From: a virus
Strand: one strand, 5' to 3'
Virus record (IMG/VR): IMGVR_UViG_3300021512_000004
Location: 1-64,000 of that record
Length of the DNA: 64,000 bases
Of this stretch, positions 48,302-58,767 are shown one piece after another. Both the position numbers and the translations under genes were made by a program. How positions within the stretch are numbered: the stretch's first letter is position 1; every line of letters starts with the position of its first letter. The notes under the pieces were generated by a model. It saw nothing but the letters and a program-made list of their open reading frames with translations. It did not search any database and was not told the DNA's origin.

Positions 48302-49610
48302 TTGGGAAATTGATGTAGAAGCGGATTCCGTAAGCGGAGCCGCATTACAAGCATGGGAAATTATGAAAGATAATTCAGAAGATAATGAGGCCACGATATT
48401 AGGTATTCGTAAACTGGGAGCTAAAGAGGAAACTCTAGTAGACGTTTTAGATCTGAATCTGAAGGAGGGGGAAAATGACTTATGAAGAAGAGATCTTCAA
48501 AGGTGTTCTAATGTTTCGCCATAACCGCCACTCTGCTTGGCAGCAATGCTCGATTGAGAAAATGAGTGAGAGAATAATTAATCTGGAACTTAGTATTAAG
48601 GAGGCCAAGGAAGCAGGGTACATGGAAGGGAAGCGTTACGTGCAAGGCAGGATGAGATGCCTCCTTGGATTAGAAGATTAATTAATGTGTGAATTCACAC
48701 AAAATAAAAGGTGACAGATATGATTAATATTGTACCGGACTCAAAAGACGATAGCTTCATAGAAGCTAAAAACGTAAACCCCAACAATCCCATATTCGCC
48801 ATTAAAGGGGGAAAAGTTGCGGACATGTTGGTTGCAGAAAACAAAGGCTGGATACTTAGAATCGGAGGGGTGAATGGCTCATCAGGATACTTCGAAGACA
48901 TCTCTGATTGTATAGAAGCTGGGGAGGAGTGTGGGTACACCTTCCACCAAGAGGTAGAAGTTAAATAGTGAGGGATTACGACCACGAGGCTGCCAGTGAA
49001 TTTGCTATGTTTGGTGGCTATGGAGATTGGTATTTTCAAACCCCAGAAGAACAAGAGCAAGCTTTGAAGGATCGACTTGCCTTACCCAGCAGCGGAGAAG
49101 AGGCGCAGGAGGCTAAAGCAAGAATACGGAAGAGAATAGCACTGCGAAAATTACAGAATCGAAGGGGGAGGCTACATGAAACTTAGTGAACAATTAAAAC
49201 AAGACCATGAAAGTGGAGATTGTGGGCGTTGGCTGGAGGGTTACGCGGAAAGGGCAAAACAGATGGAAGACATTATTAAAGAACTTTGTGACTGTTTAGA
49301 GGCAACCTACTCAGGCTCACCAGAGGGTAGAGCCTACCTAAGAAAGGTAAGAGACGCCCTATCTGGACAATGCGATTAAGAGGGCTAAGTATGAGAAAGA
49401 GTAAAAACTTTAGGCCTATAACCCTCCAATTTAAATTATGGAGGTTGCGGAAAAAAGCCAGAGGTCATCGTAAGGCTTATTTAAAACTCTCTAACAAGTA
49501 TTCTTGCGGTATTTTGTTACTGAATGGGGTAACTGGAGGGCGGTCTTGTTATCACATAAGAGAGTTAGAGAGAATTGTAAAGCTAATAAAAACTCTTGAG
49601 GAGGTAAGTA

Positions 49611-50210
49611 ATGATTAACTGCACAGAAGAAAGTTTTAAGAAATCAACCAAAGATCACAAGATGCACATCATTAGGGACGAAGGTGTTCACCGGCATATA
49701 CGCTTTAAAAAGCCAAGAACAGTCTGCTACAGCTTTGACTTAATCACCTGGCCAGGACACCTCTGTATTACTGGCGACTGTGGCACCTACGTGTTTCAGA
49801 GAACCGAAGATATGTTCAGTTTCTTCAGGGGCAACCCCCGGCAGAAAGAGAGGCTATATATCAACCCAGGTTACTGGGGAGAGAAGCTGCTCAGTATTGG
49901 AACTAACGCCGGGTACAAAGAGTTTGATGAAGATGTGTTCAAGAAGCGGGTAGCGGATCATTTTGAACAGTGGAAAGAACATAAAGATTTAACATCCAGC
50001 CAATCAAGGAGTCTATGGGAGGCGCTGGAGAGTACAGTTCTGTCCTATATGATGGACGGGGAAGTTCAGGCGTATCAGTCCATCAGTGAATTTGAGTATG
50101 AGGGCTTTCAATTTGAAGATTTCTTTGATGCTGGAGGCACTGAAACATACGCCTTTCATTACTTGTGGTGCCTGTATGCAATTGTATGGGGTATTCAGCA
50201 ATATGATTAG
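49611..50210 (+). CDS. Conserved hypothetical phage protein
   Basis: FDLITWPG.L..TGD.G.YVF, INP.YW.EKL and WCL.AI.WGI motifs. Confidence 0.65.
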   Translation: MINCTEESFKKSTKDHKMHIIRDEGVHRHIRFKKPRTVCYSFDLITWPGHLCITGDCGTYVFQRTEDMFSFFRGNPRQKERLYINPGYWGEKLLSIGTNAGYKEFDEDVFKKRVADHFEQWKEHKDLTSSQSRSLWEALESTVLSYMMDGEVQAYQSISEFEYEGFQFEDFFDAGGTETYAFHYLWCLYAIVWGIQQYD

Positions 50211-50845
50211 AGATTTGACAGACCCAGCCAACACAGTGATCTCAATCAACCTTAAAGATGGGAGATACTTTGAAGAATGTGACCTTACAAGTGATCCGTT
50301 TGGGGTGCCAGGGTTCGTTGCCTTTTGGGTAGGAGAAACCATACTGGTGATCCCACTGTCAACAGTGGTCAGTATGACAATGCAGGTCGGCGTGTAGCCG
50401 CTTGGATCGGAGGGTGGGGATGAAGAAACTAATTATAGGCAACTGTAATAACTGTCCTTTTATACGTGACGAAGAAACACGCTCAGAATTATTATTTGCT
50501 TACATAACAAAAGACCAGAGGGAGAATAAATGAACCTGATAACATATAAATTTGTGATACCGAAAAAAATAAGCGCGTGTCTACCTACAGATAGGAAGCT
50601 GTTAGTCGAGGCAGAAGCCCGAGGATTTTATAATGGAGATACCCCATATAATACCCTGTTTTCTAAACTATTCTTTTCTGGTGGGGAGTTAAACTTCAAG
50701 AGTAATATACCTCCTAAATTTGCAGAGGGGGCCGCCACGTATCTAAAACTATTCATGGGTAGCTTTGAACCAAAACACGAGGAGAAAGAGGCTATCTGCG
50801 CGATGATACTCAGTGAGCTGGTTGACTTACCGACAAAGGATTGAG

Positions 50846-51082
50846 ATGAGAAAAATCACTATACCAGAATGGGCCAGGGAGTTACCTGACTCAGCTAACC
50901 TAACGGCCAAGGATGTACTCTCTATATTTGAGTACTCCCCAAAAACATCTTGGTCTACCTTGGTGAGTAATAAGCTATTACCGCCCCCAGACCGCACGAT
51001 GCCTAGATGCGTAGGCCGATGCCCTATATCGTTTTGGTATCTAGGGACTCTGCGCAATTTAGTTACTAATCATGGAGGTTGA
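50846..51082 (+). CDS. AlpA/excisionase-like HTH protein
   Basis: L.A.DV.....S..T....V....LP.PD.....W pattern. Confidence 0.5.
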   Translation: MRKITIPEWARELPDSANLTAKDVLSIFEYSPKTSWSTLVSNKLLPPPDRTMPRCVGRCPISFWYLGTLRNLVTNHGG

Positions 51083-52082
51083 AATGAACTTAATGACGGC
51101 GCAATCAGAGATAGTCAGGATGAAGCGGGAGCTCGGGGTTAGGAATTTTAAAGCCCTTAATGGCAGTTACTACAGGACAAAGAAAAGTCAAAGGGAGCTG
51201 ATCACCTCCACCTGCGGGAAGAAGATATCCCAAGCTCACTTCCTAAGGGAGTGTGTGCGATTTCAAGGGGTGAAGGATGCCTTCAGAAAAGAGGCCAATT
51301 CTAAAGTCAGAGTAAGACGAAGCTACAGTAAGCCTTTTCGTTATGGAGATCTAAATCAAAGGATCTCAGATGGCAGGTGCGGAATCGCTCAAGCATTGAG
51401 AGCGCGGAAGGCCATTATACGACAAGCTGTTTCTGACAGTATAAAGCACCCTGCGGGACAATCCACTATTAACATTGAAATGGTAGAGACGCCTGAGGAG
51501 GTTTATTACACCTCTCGCACGGAGAAAGGAGAGCAGTACAGCAGTAGATGTACGTTCAGAAAAACAGATTTGATTGTGAATGTTGGCCTACCGCATAAGT
51601 GGTACAGCAGAGTCTATAAAAAAGGATTCTCCACTGTGGACGGACTGTTTAACTTAGACATATCCACACCTCTAAGGAACCAGCCTGAAGGGGTGGAGGT
51701 AAGAGCGGCAAAATTCCTATACCCTGGGAGAGGGTGCTCTTACCACGTAATGGATGGATTTATAGCGTTTGCGGAAGAGTTCTCTTTCCATGGAAAAACC
51801 CTAAAGTCCTCTATTAAAGGTGTGGCAAAGAAAGCCAGAATTTCTGAGTTACTTAAGGCTAGGCCCTCAGAAATTATAGCCAGGGCTTTGAAGTCTTCCG
51901 TGAAAGTAGGGGTGAGGGATTCTTATAAAGCAGGTAATTGTCAGTGGGGGACGTTGGACTTTTGCCGCCGTCACAACTTAGATCCGAAGTCAAAGATACC
52001 CCTGGAGGAGTTAGCGGCCTTGGCTCAAAAAGAGCCCAGGGCAGAGGTACTAACCGTATTAGCTATGAAACTTGCAGATTGA
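51072..52082 (+). CDS. Hypothetical basic protein
   Basis: Long ORF; C-terminal DS..AGNC..GT..F motif. Confidence 0.6.
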   Translation: MEVEMNLMTAQSEIVRMKRELGVRNFKALNGSYYRTKKSQRELITSTCGKKISQAHFLRECVRFQGVKDAFRKEANSKVRVRRSYSKPFRYGDLNQRISDGRCGIAQALRARKAIIRQAVSDSIKHPAGQSTINIEMVETPEEVYYTSRTEKGEQYSSRCTFRKTDLIVNVGLPHKWYSRVYKKGFSTVDGLFNLDISTPLRNQPEGVEVRAAKFLYPGRGCSYHVMDGFIAFAEEFSFHGKTLKSSIKGVAKKARISELLKARPSEIIARALKSSVKVGVRDSYKAGNCQWGTLDFCRRHNLDPKSKIPLEELAALAQKEPRAEVLTVLAMKLAD

Positions 52083-52095
52083 GGGAGTGAGCTAA

Positions 52096-52863
52096 ATGCT
52101 AAATGATATCGCAATACCTAAAAATCTGAATGACTTTATCTCAGCGCGTGACGCGGCAATAGCAGGGTTCTCCCACGCAAAGAGGGCTCTTTACCTAGCA
52201 GAGAAGGCGCTGGACTCTGTGATCTCCTACACCTGGCCTTTGGGATCTAATCCGAAACTTACCAATGAAGAATTTGTCAGGGAAATTGACAGAAGAATGT
52301 GGCGCAAGGCATTCGATCTGACCCGGTTTGCGCAGGTGATGGACAGGGAGGCCAGAGAGAGCTTCAACCAAAGTCTTGACGGCAAACCTCCTGAATTTAC
52401 GGCTGACAATGTTCGGTCTATCTTTTTGTCGGTGTCACAAGAGTCAGACCTGATGTTCAAGCGAGGGCTGGTTAATGTATTCAAGAGAAGAAACTCAGGC
52501 TATAAGACAAATAGCAAAGAGGCGTTTAAGGTTGATCGAAAGATGGTCATGACGTGTATCACCCGACCGAACTATGGTCGAGGGATGCAAATGTCCAGTT
52601 ACGGGGCGGCAGAGATCAACGATATAGACAGGATTTTCAAAACCCTTGACGACAAGAAGCATAATCAAGGGGAGCTTGAAACAGCCCTTAACGCGGCCTG
52701 GAGAGATAAGCCGTATGTTTATGAAGATGACTACTATCAGGTCAAGGGGTTTAAGAACAGCAACGCCCACTTTGTATTCAAGAGGCAAGATCTGCTTGAC
52801 AAGGCAAATTTGCTAATTGCCGAGTATTATGAGGATGGAGCGTTGGCCGATGGTTCTGTGTGA
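52096..52863 (+). CDS. DUF4942-like protein (stand-alone)
   Basis: ID...W, PEFT.DN..S.F, F.RGL.NVF, YKTN and K.FKN.N.H..FKR.DL motifs. Confidence 0.75.
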   Translation: MLNDIAIPKNLNDFISARDAAIAGFSHAKRALYLAEKALDSVISYTWPLGSNPKLTNEEFVREIDRRMWRKAFDLTRFAQVMDREARESFNQSLDGKPPEFTADNVRSIFLSVSQESDLMFKRGLVNVFKRRNSGYKTNSKEAFKVDRKMVMTCITRPNYGRGMQMSSYGAAEINDIDRIFKTLDDKKHNQGELETALNAAWRDKPYVYEDDYYQVKGFKNSNAHFVFKRQDLLDKANLLIAEYYEDGALADGSV

Positions 52864-54012
52864 ATTCACACAAAAAGGAGAGTAAGCATGATTGATAAAG
52901 TAGTAATACAGCAGATTAATAAGTTCAAAGTCACTATAAACGGCAAGACCTATGATAACTTTGAGAAAGTTGACGAGTGGAATGGGATGCTACATTTCAC
53001 TGGGCCTAAAGGGATGATCATTGTCCATAAACCGGAAAATATGTTCGCTACGTTTGCAACTATCTTTGGAGGCAGTGATCAAGAGGTGCAGGAAGAGTTT
53101 GACCTGGCGAAAATATCATCAGACTTACTTAAAGATTCAAGGAATGTGGAGGGAGAAAAATGAGCGGAGGAGATTGGAATCGTATATTCAATGAGGTGGA
53201 AGACGCGGCGGAGAAATTAAAAGCTGAGAGATGCCCTTTGAGGAGGGCTTTCGGAGATCACTTAAGCTTGGTAGCGGAGGCATTACACCAAATAGAACTG
53301 GTTGACGGAGGGGATTCATCGAGTCCAGAGGATACTAACGCTATCAAAAAGGTCTATGGAGACATGGCGGAGTCTGTGGAGTTGGCGGCGTTGCGGGAAG
53401 ATGCAGGAAAACTAATTAAAGAGTTGAGGAGGCTGGGAGGGTGAGGAGTTACAAGGGAAGGTCAATCAGAGACTTAGACAAGAAAGGTAATTATTACTCC
53501 AGACATATTGACGCTATGACGAGGGAGAAGCTTCATGGGAAGGCTGAAATTGCCGCTGAGTTAGCTCATAGGGATATGGTTATAGACACCTTAAAGGTGG
53601 GTAATGTTCAGCTGAATAAGTTCGTGAGTTACCTTTTGTCAGACAGGGAGGACTTGGACGACGAGTTTATTGCCTGCCAGAACAAAGAAGATCTTCTTAA
53701 AGTTATCGACACAGTTTAGAGGTAAGGGATAATGGAAAACAAAGATTTAAGTCTACTTTGGGTAGGGGCTTTCAGGTATTACCTTGGAGGGCAGAACATA
53801 GCAGTACACAGCTTCTGTAGTCTGTTAATGGACGAGATAGATGCCGGGAGGGTTCCAGACAATGCACAATTCGTCATTAAAAAGGGCTTGCTGGAGGCGT
53901 TTGCAGCGGACGATAAGGATCAAATGCGAGGATTTGATTCATCTATTCTTGGACATAAAGTGGATAGAAGTAAGTGGCTGGAAGTTCTTGGGGCGTTGTC
54001 GGGAGGGTAGCA

Positions 54013-54462
54013 ATGAAAGCAGAAGAGTTCGTAGCAGAGAGCAATAAAATAGAGCGGATAACTAGACCCCCGAAGCTTGTCGAGATACAGGAGCACGTAA
54101 TATTCATCAACTTACCTGTTATCACCCTAAAGGATCTACTGCGATTTGTAGAGGTCTACCAACCAAATGCAAGGTTAAGGGATAAGTTCGGGCTAGATGT
54201 CTTAGTAGGGCATCACATGCCCCCTTTAGGCAGCCCAAACATGGGAAATCTGGTGGAGGAATTGCTAGACCAACAGGACGACCTATCAGCTTATGAACTC
54301 CATGTAAGGTACGAAAGCTTACACCCATTTACTGACTGCAATGGACGAAGCGGGAGGGCTTTATGGGCGTGGAAAATGATGCAGACGGTAGGGCATTATA
54401 GCCTTGGATTCCTACATCACTTTTATTATCAGGCACTCGATGCCAGTAGGGTTAACAAATGA
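54013..54462 (+). CDS. Fic-domain protein
   Basis: HPFTDCNGRSGR fits HPFx(D/E)GNGRxxR with Cys in place of Gly. Confidence 0.85.
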   Translation: MKAEEFVAESNKIERITRPPKLVEIQEHVIFINLPVITLKDLLRFVEVYQPNARLRDKFGLDVLVGHHMPPLGSPNMGNLVEELLDQQDDLSAYELHVRYESLHPFTDCNGRSGRALWAWKMMQTVGHYSLGFLHHFYYQALDASRVNK

Positions 54463-54562
54463 CGGACGAAATTATAATTTTCGGAGTTATTCTAATGTGT
54501 ATATTGTTTGCTGGGGATCCAGACTTAATGGATGCAATTATATCTTTAATAGAGTGTAACAA

Positions 54563-55321
54563 ATGAAAAACATACAATTGAAAATACTGAGTCCGCTAGT
54601 AGGAAATGAGTTCCCAATTCCAGCTTACTCAACAGAGGGATCTGCCGGAATGGATCTCAGGGCCTGCATTGAGCAGGAAATGGCTGTCAGTAAAGGAAAA
54701 GCAGTCTTAATCCCTACTGGGGTAGCTATACACATAGAAGACCCTGCATACGCTGCAGTAATCTTACCAAGATCAGGTCTGGGCCATAAGCATGGAGTAG
54801 TCCTTGGCAATCTGGTGGGGCTGATTGACAGTAAAAATCATAGGTAAATTGCTGTCATTAAATTCGGTGAATTGCTGGGAAATCCTTAGAGTTCTTATAC
54901 CAAAGCGGAACTGGAAACGGTAAACGTAACGGTTTGAAAAGTTAAGAAATTGGACAATCAGCAGCCAAGACCCTGAAAAGTGTAAAAGTATGGGTAAGGT
55001 TCAACGACTAGGTGTTGAGTTAGCTAGACGATACTACACCCACGAGCGCCGGACACTTAAATTAAGTGAAGATATAGTCTGAACTTTAGGGAAACTTAAA
55101 GAAACAAGGATAAAGAGCCTTGTGATAACACGATGGATTACCAAGGACAGTTGATGATCTCCTGCTGGAATAGGAGCGATGTGAGCTACATAGTGAAGCC
55201 TGGGGAGCGCATAGCCCAGTTGATCATTGTTCCTGTAGTGCAGGCAGAATTTGAAGTGGTTGAGGAGTTTAGCCAGAGTCAAAGAGGGGAGGGAGGATTT
55301 GGCAGTACTGGAGTTTGTTAA
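54563..55321 (+). CDS. dut: dUTPase split by a group I intron (exon 1 54563-54832, exon 2 55136-55321)
   Basis: The joined product restores motif 3 GLIDS|DYQG; SAGMDL, PRSG, RIAQ and [10 protein letters not shown] are all present. Confidence 0.92.
54833..55135 (+). ncRNA. Group I self-splicing intron, 303 nt, no homing endonuclease ORF
   Basis: Exon 1 ends in U and the intron ends in G; P1 TGACAGT/GCTGTCA with U.G pair; core elements GAATTGCTGGGAAA, AATCAGCAG, GTTCAACGACTA and AAGATATAGTCT. Confidence 0.9.
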
Positions 55322-55342
55322 ATAACTGGAGAGGAGACAAAA

Positions 55343-55693
55343 ATGTTTGAGTACAGTGCAGAGGTTAAACGAGTCGTGGACGGAGACACCTATGACTTAG
55401 TAGTTGATCTAGGCTTCAACATAAAACATACGATCAGAGTACGCCTTGACGGGATAGACACACCAGAGCTATTCCGACCTAGAAACTCAGCGGAGAGAAG
55501 CCACGCGGTTGAGGCTGCTGAGTTTGCGTCGAATCAGGTTCTGTCTAGATCTGTGATACTGCGAACCAAAAAGGACAAGACTGGAAAGTATGGAAGGTAC
55601 ATAGCCTCTATCCACTACGGTAGAAATTTTGAGTATGACTTAACCCAGGAGCTGATTTCCAATGGCTTTAGTAAGAGGGGGGAGTATTTATGA
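55343..55693 (+). CDS. Thermonuclease (SNase-like) family protein
   Basis: VVDGDT, VRL.GIDTPE and GKYGRY motifs. Confidence 0.88.
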   Translation: MFEYSAEVKRVVDGDTYDLVVDLGFNIKHTIRVRLDGIDTPELFRPRNSAERSHAVEAAEFASNQVLSRSVILRTKKDKTGKYGRYIASIHYGRNFEYDLTQELISNGFSKRGEYL

Positions 55694-55959
55694 TCCGAGG
55701 AACAGAAAAAGAAGACATTCAAGCCCTACTAAGACAGGGGATATGTGAAGTAGTATTCACTAAAAAGGACGGATCAGAGCGACAGATGAACTGTACTCTC
55801 GATCAGACGTTCCTGCCATTAGTTGACCAGGAGTCTACTGGAACCGCAACAGGAGAGCATGAAGGATTAGTGACTGTTTGGGATACCGATGCTGAAGGAG
55901 GGAGAAGAATAATTCTTGAGAATATTATTTACGGTCCTAAGCTCCTAACAGGAGAGTAG
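55690..55959 (+). CDS. WYL_2/DUF2693-like SH3-fold protein
   Basis: V.FTKKDGS.R.M.CT and VWD.....R motifs. Confidence 0.7.
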   Translation: MIRGTEKEDIQALLRQGICEVVFTKKDGSERQMNCTLDQTFLPLVDQESTGTATGEHEGLVTVWDTDAEGGRRIILENIIYGPKLLTGE

Positions 55960-56021
55960 GGCCGCTCCCAAAGAGGGGTAGGAGCGGCCCTACTAACATT
56001 GGAACTCCGCAGAGGGGGACA

Positions 56022-56356
56022 AGGCGCTCTGCGGAGTAGAAAGTATACCTTACAGGTTATGTACGTTCAATAGGAGTGGAGTTATGGCAAGCATTTTTGT
56101 AATGACAGACCCTATGTCTGAAGTTTACTACTCGCTGAAGGATAATCGGGTTAGAAAGTTCAACCTTCATGGGAAAACGCTGTATGACGAATATAAAGGG
56201 GTTTCTGCGGAAGGGTGGGAGGATGCGCTAGTAAAGTTCGTGAAACAGCAGCGATTGAATATAGATGGAGGGGAAGGACTTCCCTCATTCGTGTACGGCC
56301 TGATTGATAGAGGACTGCTGGAAGACTAACAGGCGCTCTGCGGAGTAGAAAGTATA
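56022..56356 (+). repeat. 26-bp direct repeat flanking ORF 56084-56329
   Basis: AGGCGCTCTGCGGAGTAGAAAGTATA at 56022-56047 and 56331-56356. Confidence 0.85.
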
Positions 56357-57384
56357 TATCATAAGGTAGGAGGGAGCTAGAGATGAGGTATAAAACTGAA
56401 AATAAGCACATAGATGAGATTAGAAGCGGAGACTACGTGTTACATAATGAGGAGGTGGTAACTGTAGGGCGGAGGGATATAAAACTGAGCGAATTTATGG
56501 GAACAACTCTGTTCGGAGACTGCTATCACTTGGGAACAAAGCCAGTGAAAAAGGTGACAATCCTTGGGAGTGAAAGACTATGAGCATCAAAACAACATGT
56601 CAGAATGGACTGACACTATGATTGAGGACAAGATGGCGGAACCGTTTTTCCGGCACAGTATGTTTAACAATTACACTCTGCCACGTTAGCTGAGTTGCTA
56701 TCAATTACGGAGGGATAATTATGTGCTTGATAACCGACGTGTATGATGCTGGATACGACTGTAGTAAAAAGGAGAAAGGCTATAGCCCAGAAGGTAGCGC
56801 CGCAGTAGCCCTGGCAAAACATGAGATAGCCTGCCTGAAACTTGAAAGCGAGGGTTATTTTGCAAAGATACAAAAGATGAGGGCTACTCTAGAGTTGACG
56901 AAGAGATCTATTATCGACAGGAGGCTTAATATGCCAGAGACAATGGCCGTGATTGAGGAGGCTTTAGCCTCGCAGCGGTCGATTAAGCTACCATTTAATT
57001 TTGGATAAATCCACGGGGGTTGCAGATGAGACTAAAAATTAAACAGAGCCAGAATTTAAAAGAAGGGGAGGTAAGGGTTTGCAAAGGGTTTCTATGGTTG
57101 CCTAAATACCTGGATAGAGAGTGGAGGTGGCTTGAGTTTGCAGAATGGGCACAAATGACAATGCGACTACCCCCACTTGCGGTTGAAGTCGGTTGCTATT
57201 CCCCAGGGCAAACTCCCCTTCAATGGGTGAGTACGGAGTGGAGGTAACCCCCGGGCTGGTTCCTTATAGTTGTAAATTTACTATTTGGAGCGTTAAACGT
57301 AAGGAATTTTACGCAGCTCTAACACCAGATTCAGCTGCGCGCTTGGCGCGTCCGCTGGAATTAATGTTAGATTGCGATTGATTT

Positions 57385-57624
57385 TTGGAGGATGAGAGAG
57401 TGGATAAAGCAAAAGAGATTCGCAGGGGATTTGTTGATATTTGGAAATGGATAGGCTCGCCAGATTGTTGGTTTTTAATAATGGTTACGTTTTGCCTCTG
57501 GTGCATATTTTTAGCTCCAGAATCAGCTATCGCTGGGCTTGCGAATACATTTATTGTTATCGGGCTGGTTATAATTTGGCATTTGGCAAGAATCGCAAAA
57601 TCCTTAGAGGACAAGGCAATCTAA
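57385..57624 (+). CDS. Cassette ORF: small membrane protein with 2 TM segments (may start at GTG 57400)
   Basis: Stop TAA lies within the TAAC of attC2. Confidence 0.6.
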   Translation: MEDERVDKAKEIRRGFVDIWKWIGSPDCWFLIMVTFCLWCIFLAPESAIAGLANTFIVIGLVIIWHLARIAKSLEDKAI

Positions 57625-57671
57625 CAACCAGCATAACGGGTGAGCGGATAATTTAACTGAGGATGGTGAGC

Positions 57672-58067
57672 ATGGAAAACCAGAACGAACAGAAGCAACA
57701 AGAAACCAGCGGTGAAGAAGCGAATCCGGTTGATGTAATTGTTAGTGCTCGCTGCCCGGACTGCGCTGCTCAGCCTGGCATGCTGCACAAGCTGGGCTGT
57801 GATGTTGAAAAATGCCCCGAATGCGGCTGGCAATATATCAGCTGTGACTGCCCCGCCGAAGAGACAACGGCTCCCCGCCTCCTCTGGTCTGGCGAATGGC
57901 CAGGGATAAGGGAGTGCCGCGAATTTGGATGGTATTCAAAATTGGTTTCTGGGCGCGGCTGGGTGAGCTGTGACAAAAGCGAGCCTGGCGCAAGCGAGAG
58001 CCTCAACCGCCTTGCCGTTGACGCCACATGGGATAAAGAAAAAGGGCGCTACATACTAGAGAGCTAA
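57672..58067 (+). CDS. Cassette ORF: Cys-rich (Zn-binding-like) protein starting inside attC2
   Basis: CPDC..H..GCDVE.CP.CG.Q.ISCDC motif; GAGG RBS in the attC loop. Confidence 0.7.
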   Translation: MENQNEQKQQETSGEEANPVDVIVSARCPDCAAQPGMLHKLGCDVEKCPECGWQYISCDCPAEETTAPRLLWSGEWPGIRECREFGWYSKLVSGRGWVSCDKSEPGASESLNRLAVDATWDKEKGRYILES

Positions 58068-58138
58068 CGCTCGCATAAACTGCGGAGCGTCAGCGGAGTC
58101 AGATTTTCATGCGATTGTTATAAATCTGGAGTAGAACG

Positions 58139-58384
58139 ATGGCAACAAACAAATACGATTTGGACACAGCTTACATCGGAAAAAACCTTAAAATATTGCA
58201 GCGGGATATTGAGCAATATACCCCTCAAGAGATGAGGACAGCTTTGAACAAGCTGGCAGACACGTGCCATAACTTTGCTAAGTGCGGTCGCTGTAGCGGC
58301 TACAACACGTCAACGATGCGACACGATGCGGCTCACTGGTTTTGCTATGACTGCGCCGAGAAGTACCCACTAAAAGCCTTATAA
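58139..58384 (+). CDS. Cassette ORF: Zn-ribbon protein
   Basis: GGAG RBS; CGRC and CYDC; stop lies within attC4. Confidence 0.65.
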   Translation: MATNKYDLDTAYIGKNLKILQRDIEQYTPQEMRTALNKLADTCHNFAKCGRCSGYNTSTMRHDAAHWFCYDCAEKYPLKAL

Positions 58385-58458
58385 CGCTCAATTAAACGGT
58401 TGCGTAGCAATCCGGTTTAAATTGCTTGTTATATTTAATATTAATTCGGAGAAAAATC

Positions 58459-58707
58459 ATGAGTGAAATTGAAACAGTTGCAGCGAGTCTCACTATTGAA
58501 ATGAATGTCACATGCCCTAATCCTGACTGCGGGGATTATATAGATTTGCTGCGATCAGAGTATACGAACGGGGTGGATCATAATGAGGACGGGGGTTTGC
58601 TGCGCCAGATGTTCCCTGAAAATCATAGTAATGAAGATTTTGAGTGTGATGATGTCATTTGCACAAAATGCAAAACAATGTTCAATGTGCGCGAGCTGGA
58701 ATGGTAG
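58459..58707 (+). CDS. Cassette ORF: Zn-ribbon protein
   Basis: GGAG RBS; CPNPDC and CTKC. Confidence 0.65.
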   Translation: MSEIETVAASLTIEMNVTCPNPDCGDYIDLLRSEYTNGVDHNEDGGLLRQMFPENHSNEDFECDDVICTKCKTMFNVRELEW

Positions 58708-58767
58708 TAAATATAACACCCTGCATAACGAGTGAGCGTGGACAACAAAATGAATGAGGTGAACACG

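Larger units (their letters stand above)
37846..52872. repeat. Dispersed palindrome TGTGTGAATTCACACA, 11 copies
   Basis: Copies start at 37846 (1 mismatch), 38717 (1 mismatch), 38789, 39273, 40414, 41419, 42481, 43841, 44801, 48686 and 52857. Confidence 0.95.

Noticed and set aside
37846-52872. Palindromic repeats as a CRISPR array
   Set aside because: Spacing ranges from about 70 bp to 4 kb with whole genes between copies; there are no regular spacers and no cas genes.
37846-52872. Palindrome as a host CRP site (TGTGA-N6-TCACA)
   Set aside because: Each half matches only 4 of 5 bases and the central six bases are invariant, which CRP sites do not require; not excluded, but unsupported.
55034-55282. 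Homing endonuclease associated with the intron
   Set aside because: The only overlapping ORF is an antisense shadow with no HNH, GIY-YIG or LAGLIDADG motif.
54563-55321. dUTPase as a pseudogene or as two separate genes
   Set aside because: The interruption has group I intron splice and core signatures, and its removal restores the frame exactly.
57242-57298. An eighth attC (AGGTAAC...GTTAAAC) upstream of the array
   Set aside because: R-like boxes are present and the TAA is a stop codon, but I cannot find paired L boxes; at most a degenerate remnant.
57193-57381. 62-aa ORF reading through attC1
   Set aside because: It overlaps the previous gene, has no clear RBS and its C-terminus is translated attC sequence; probably spurious.
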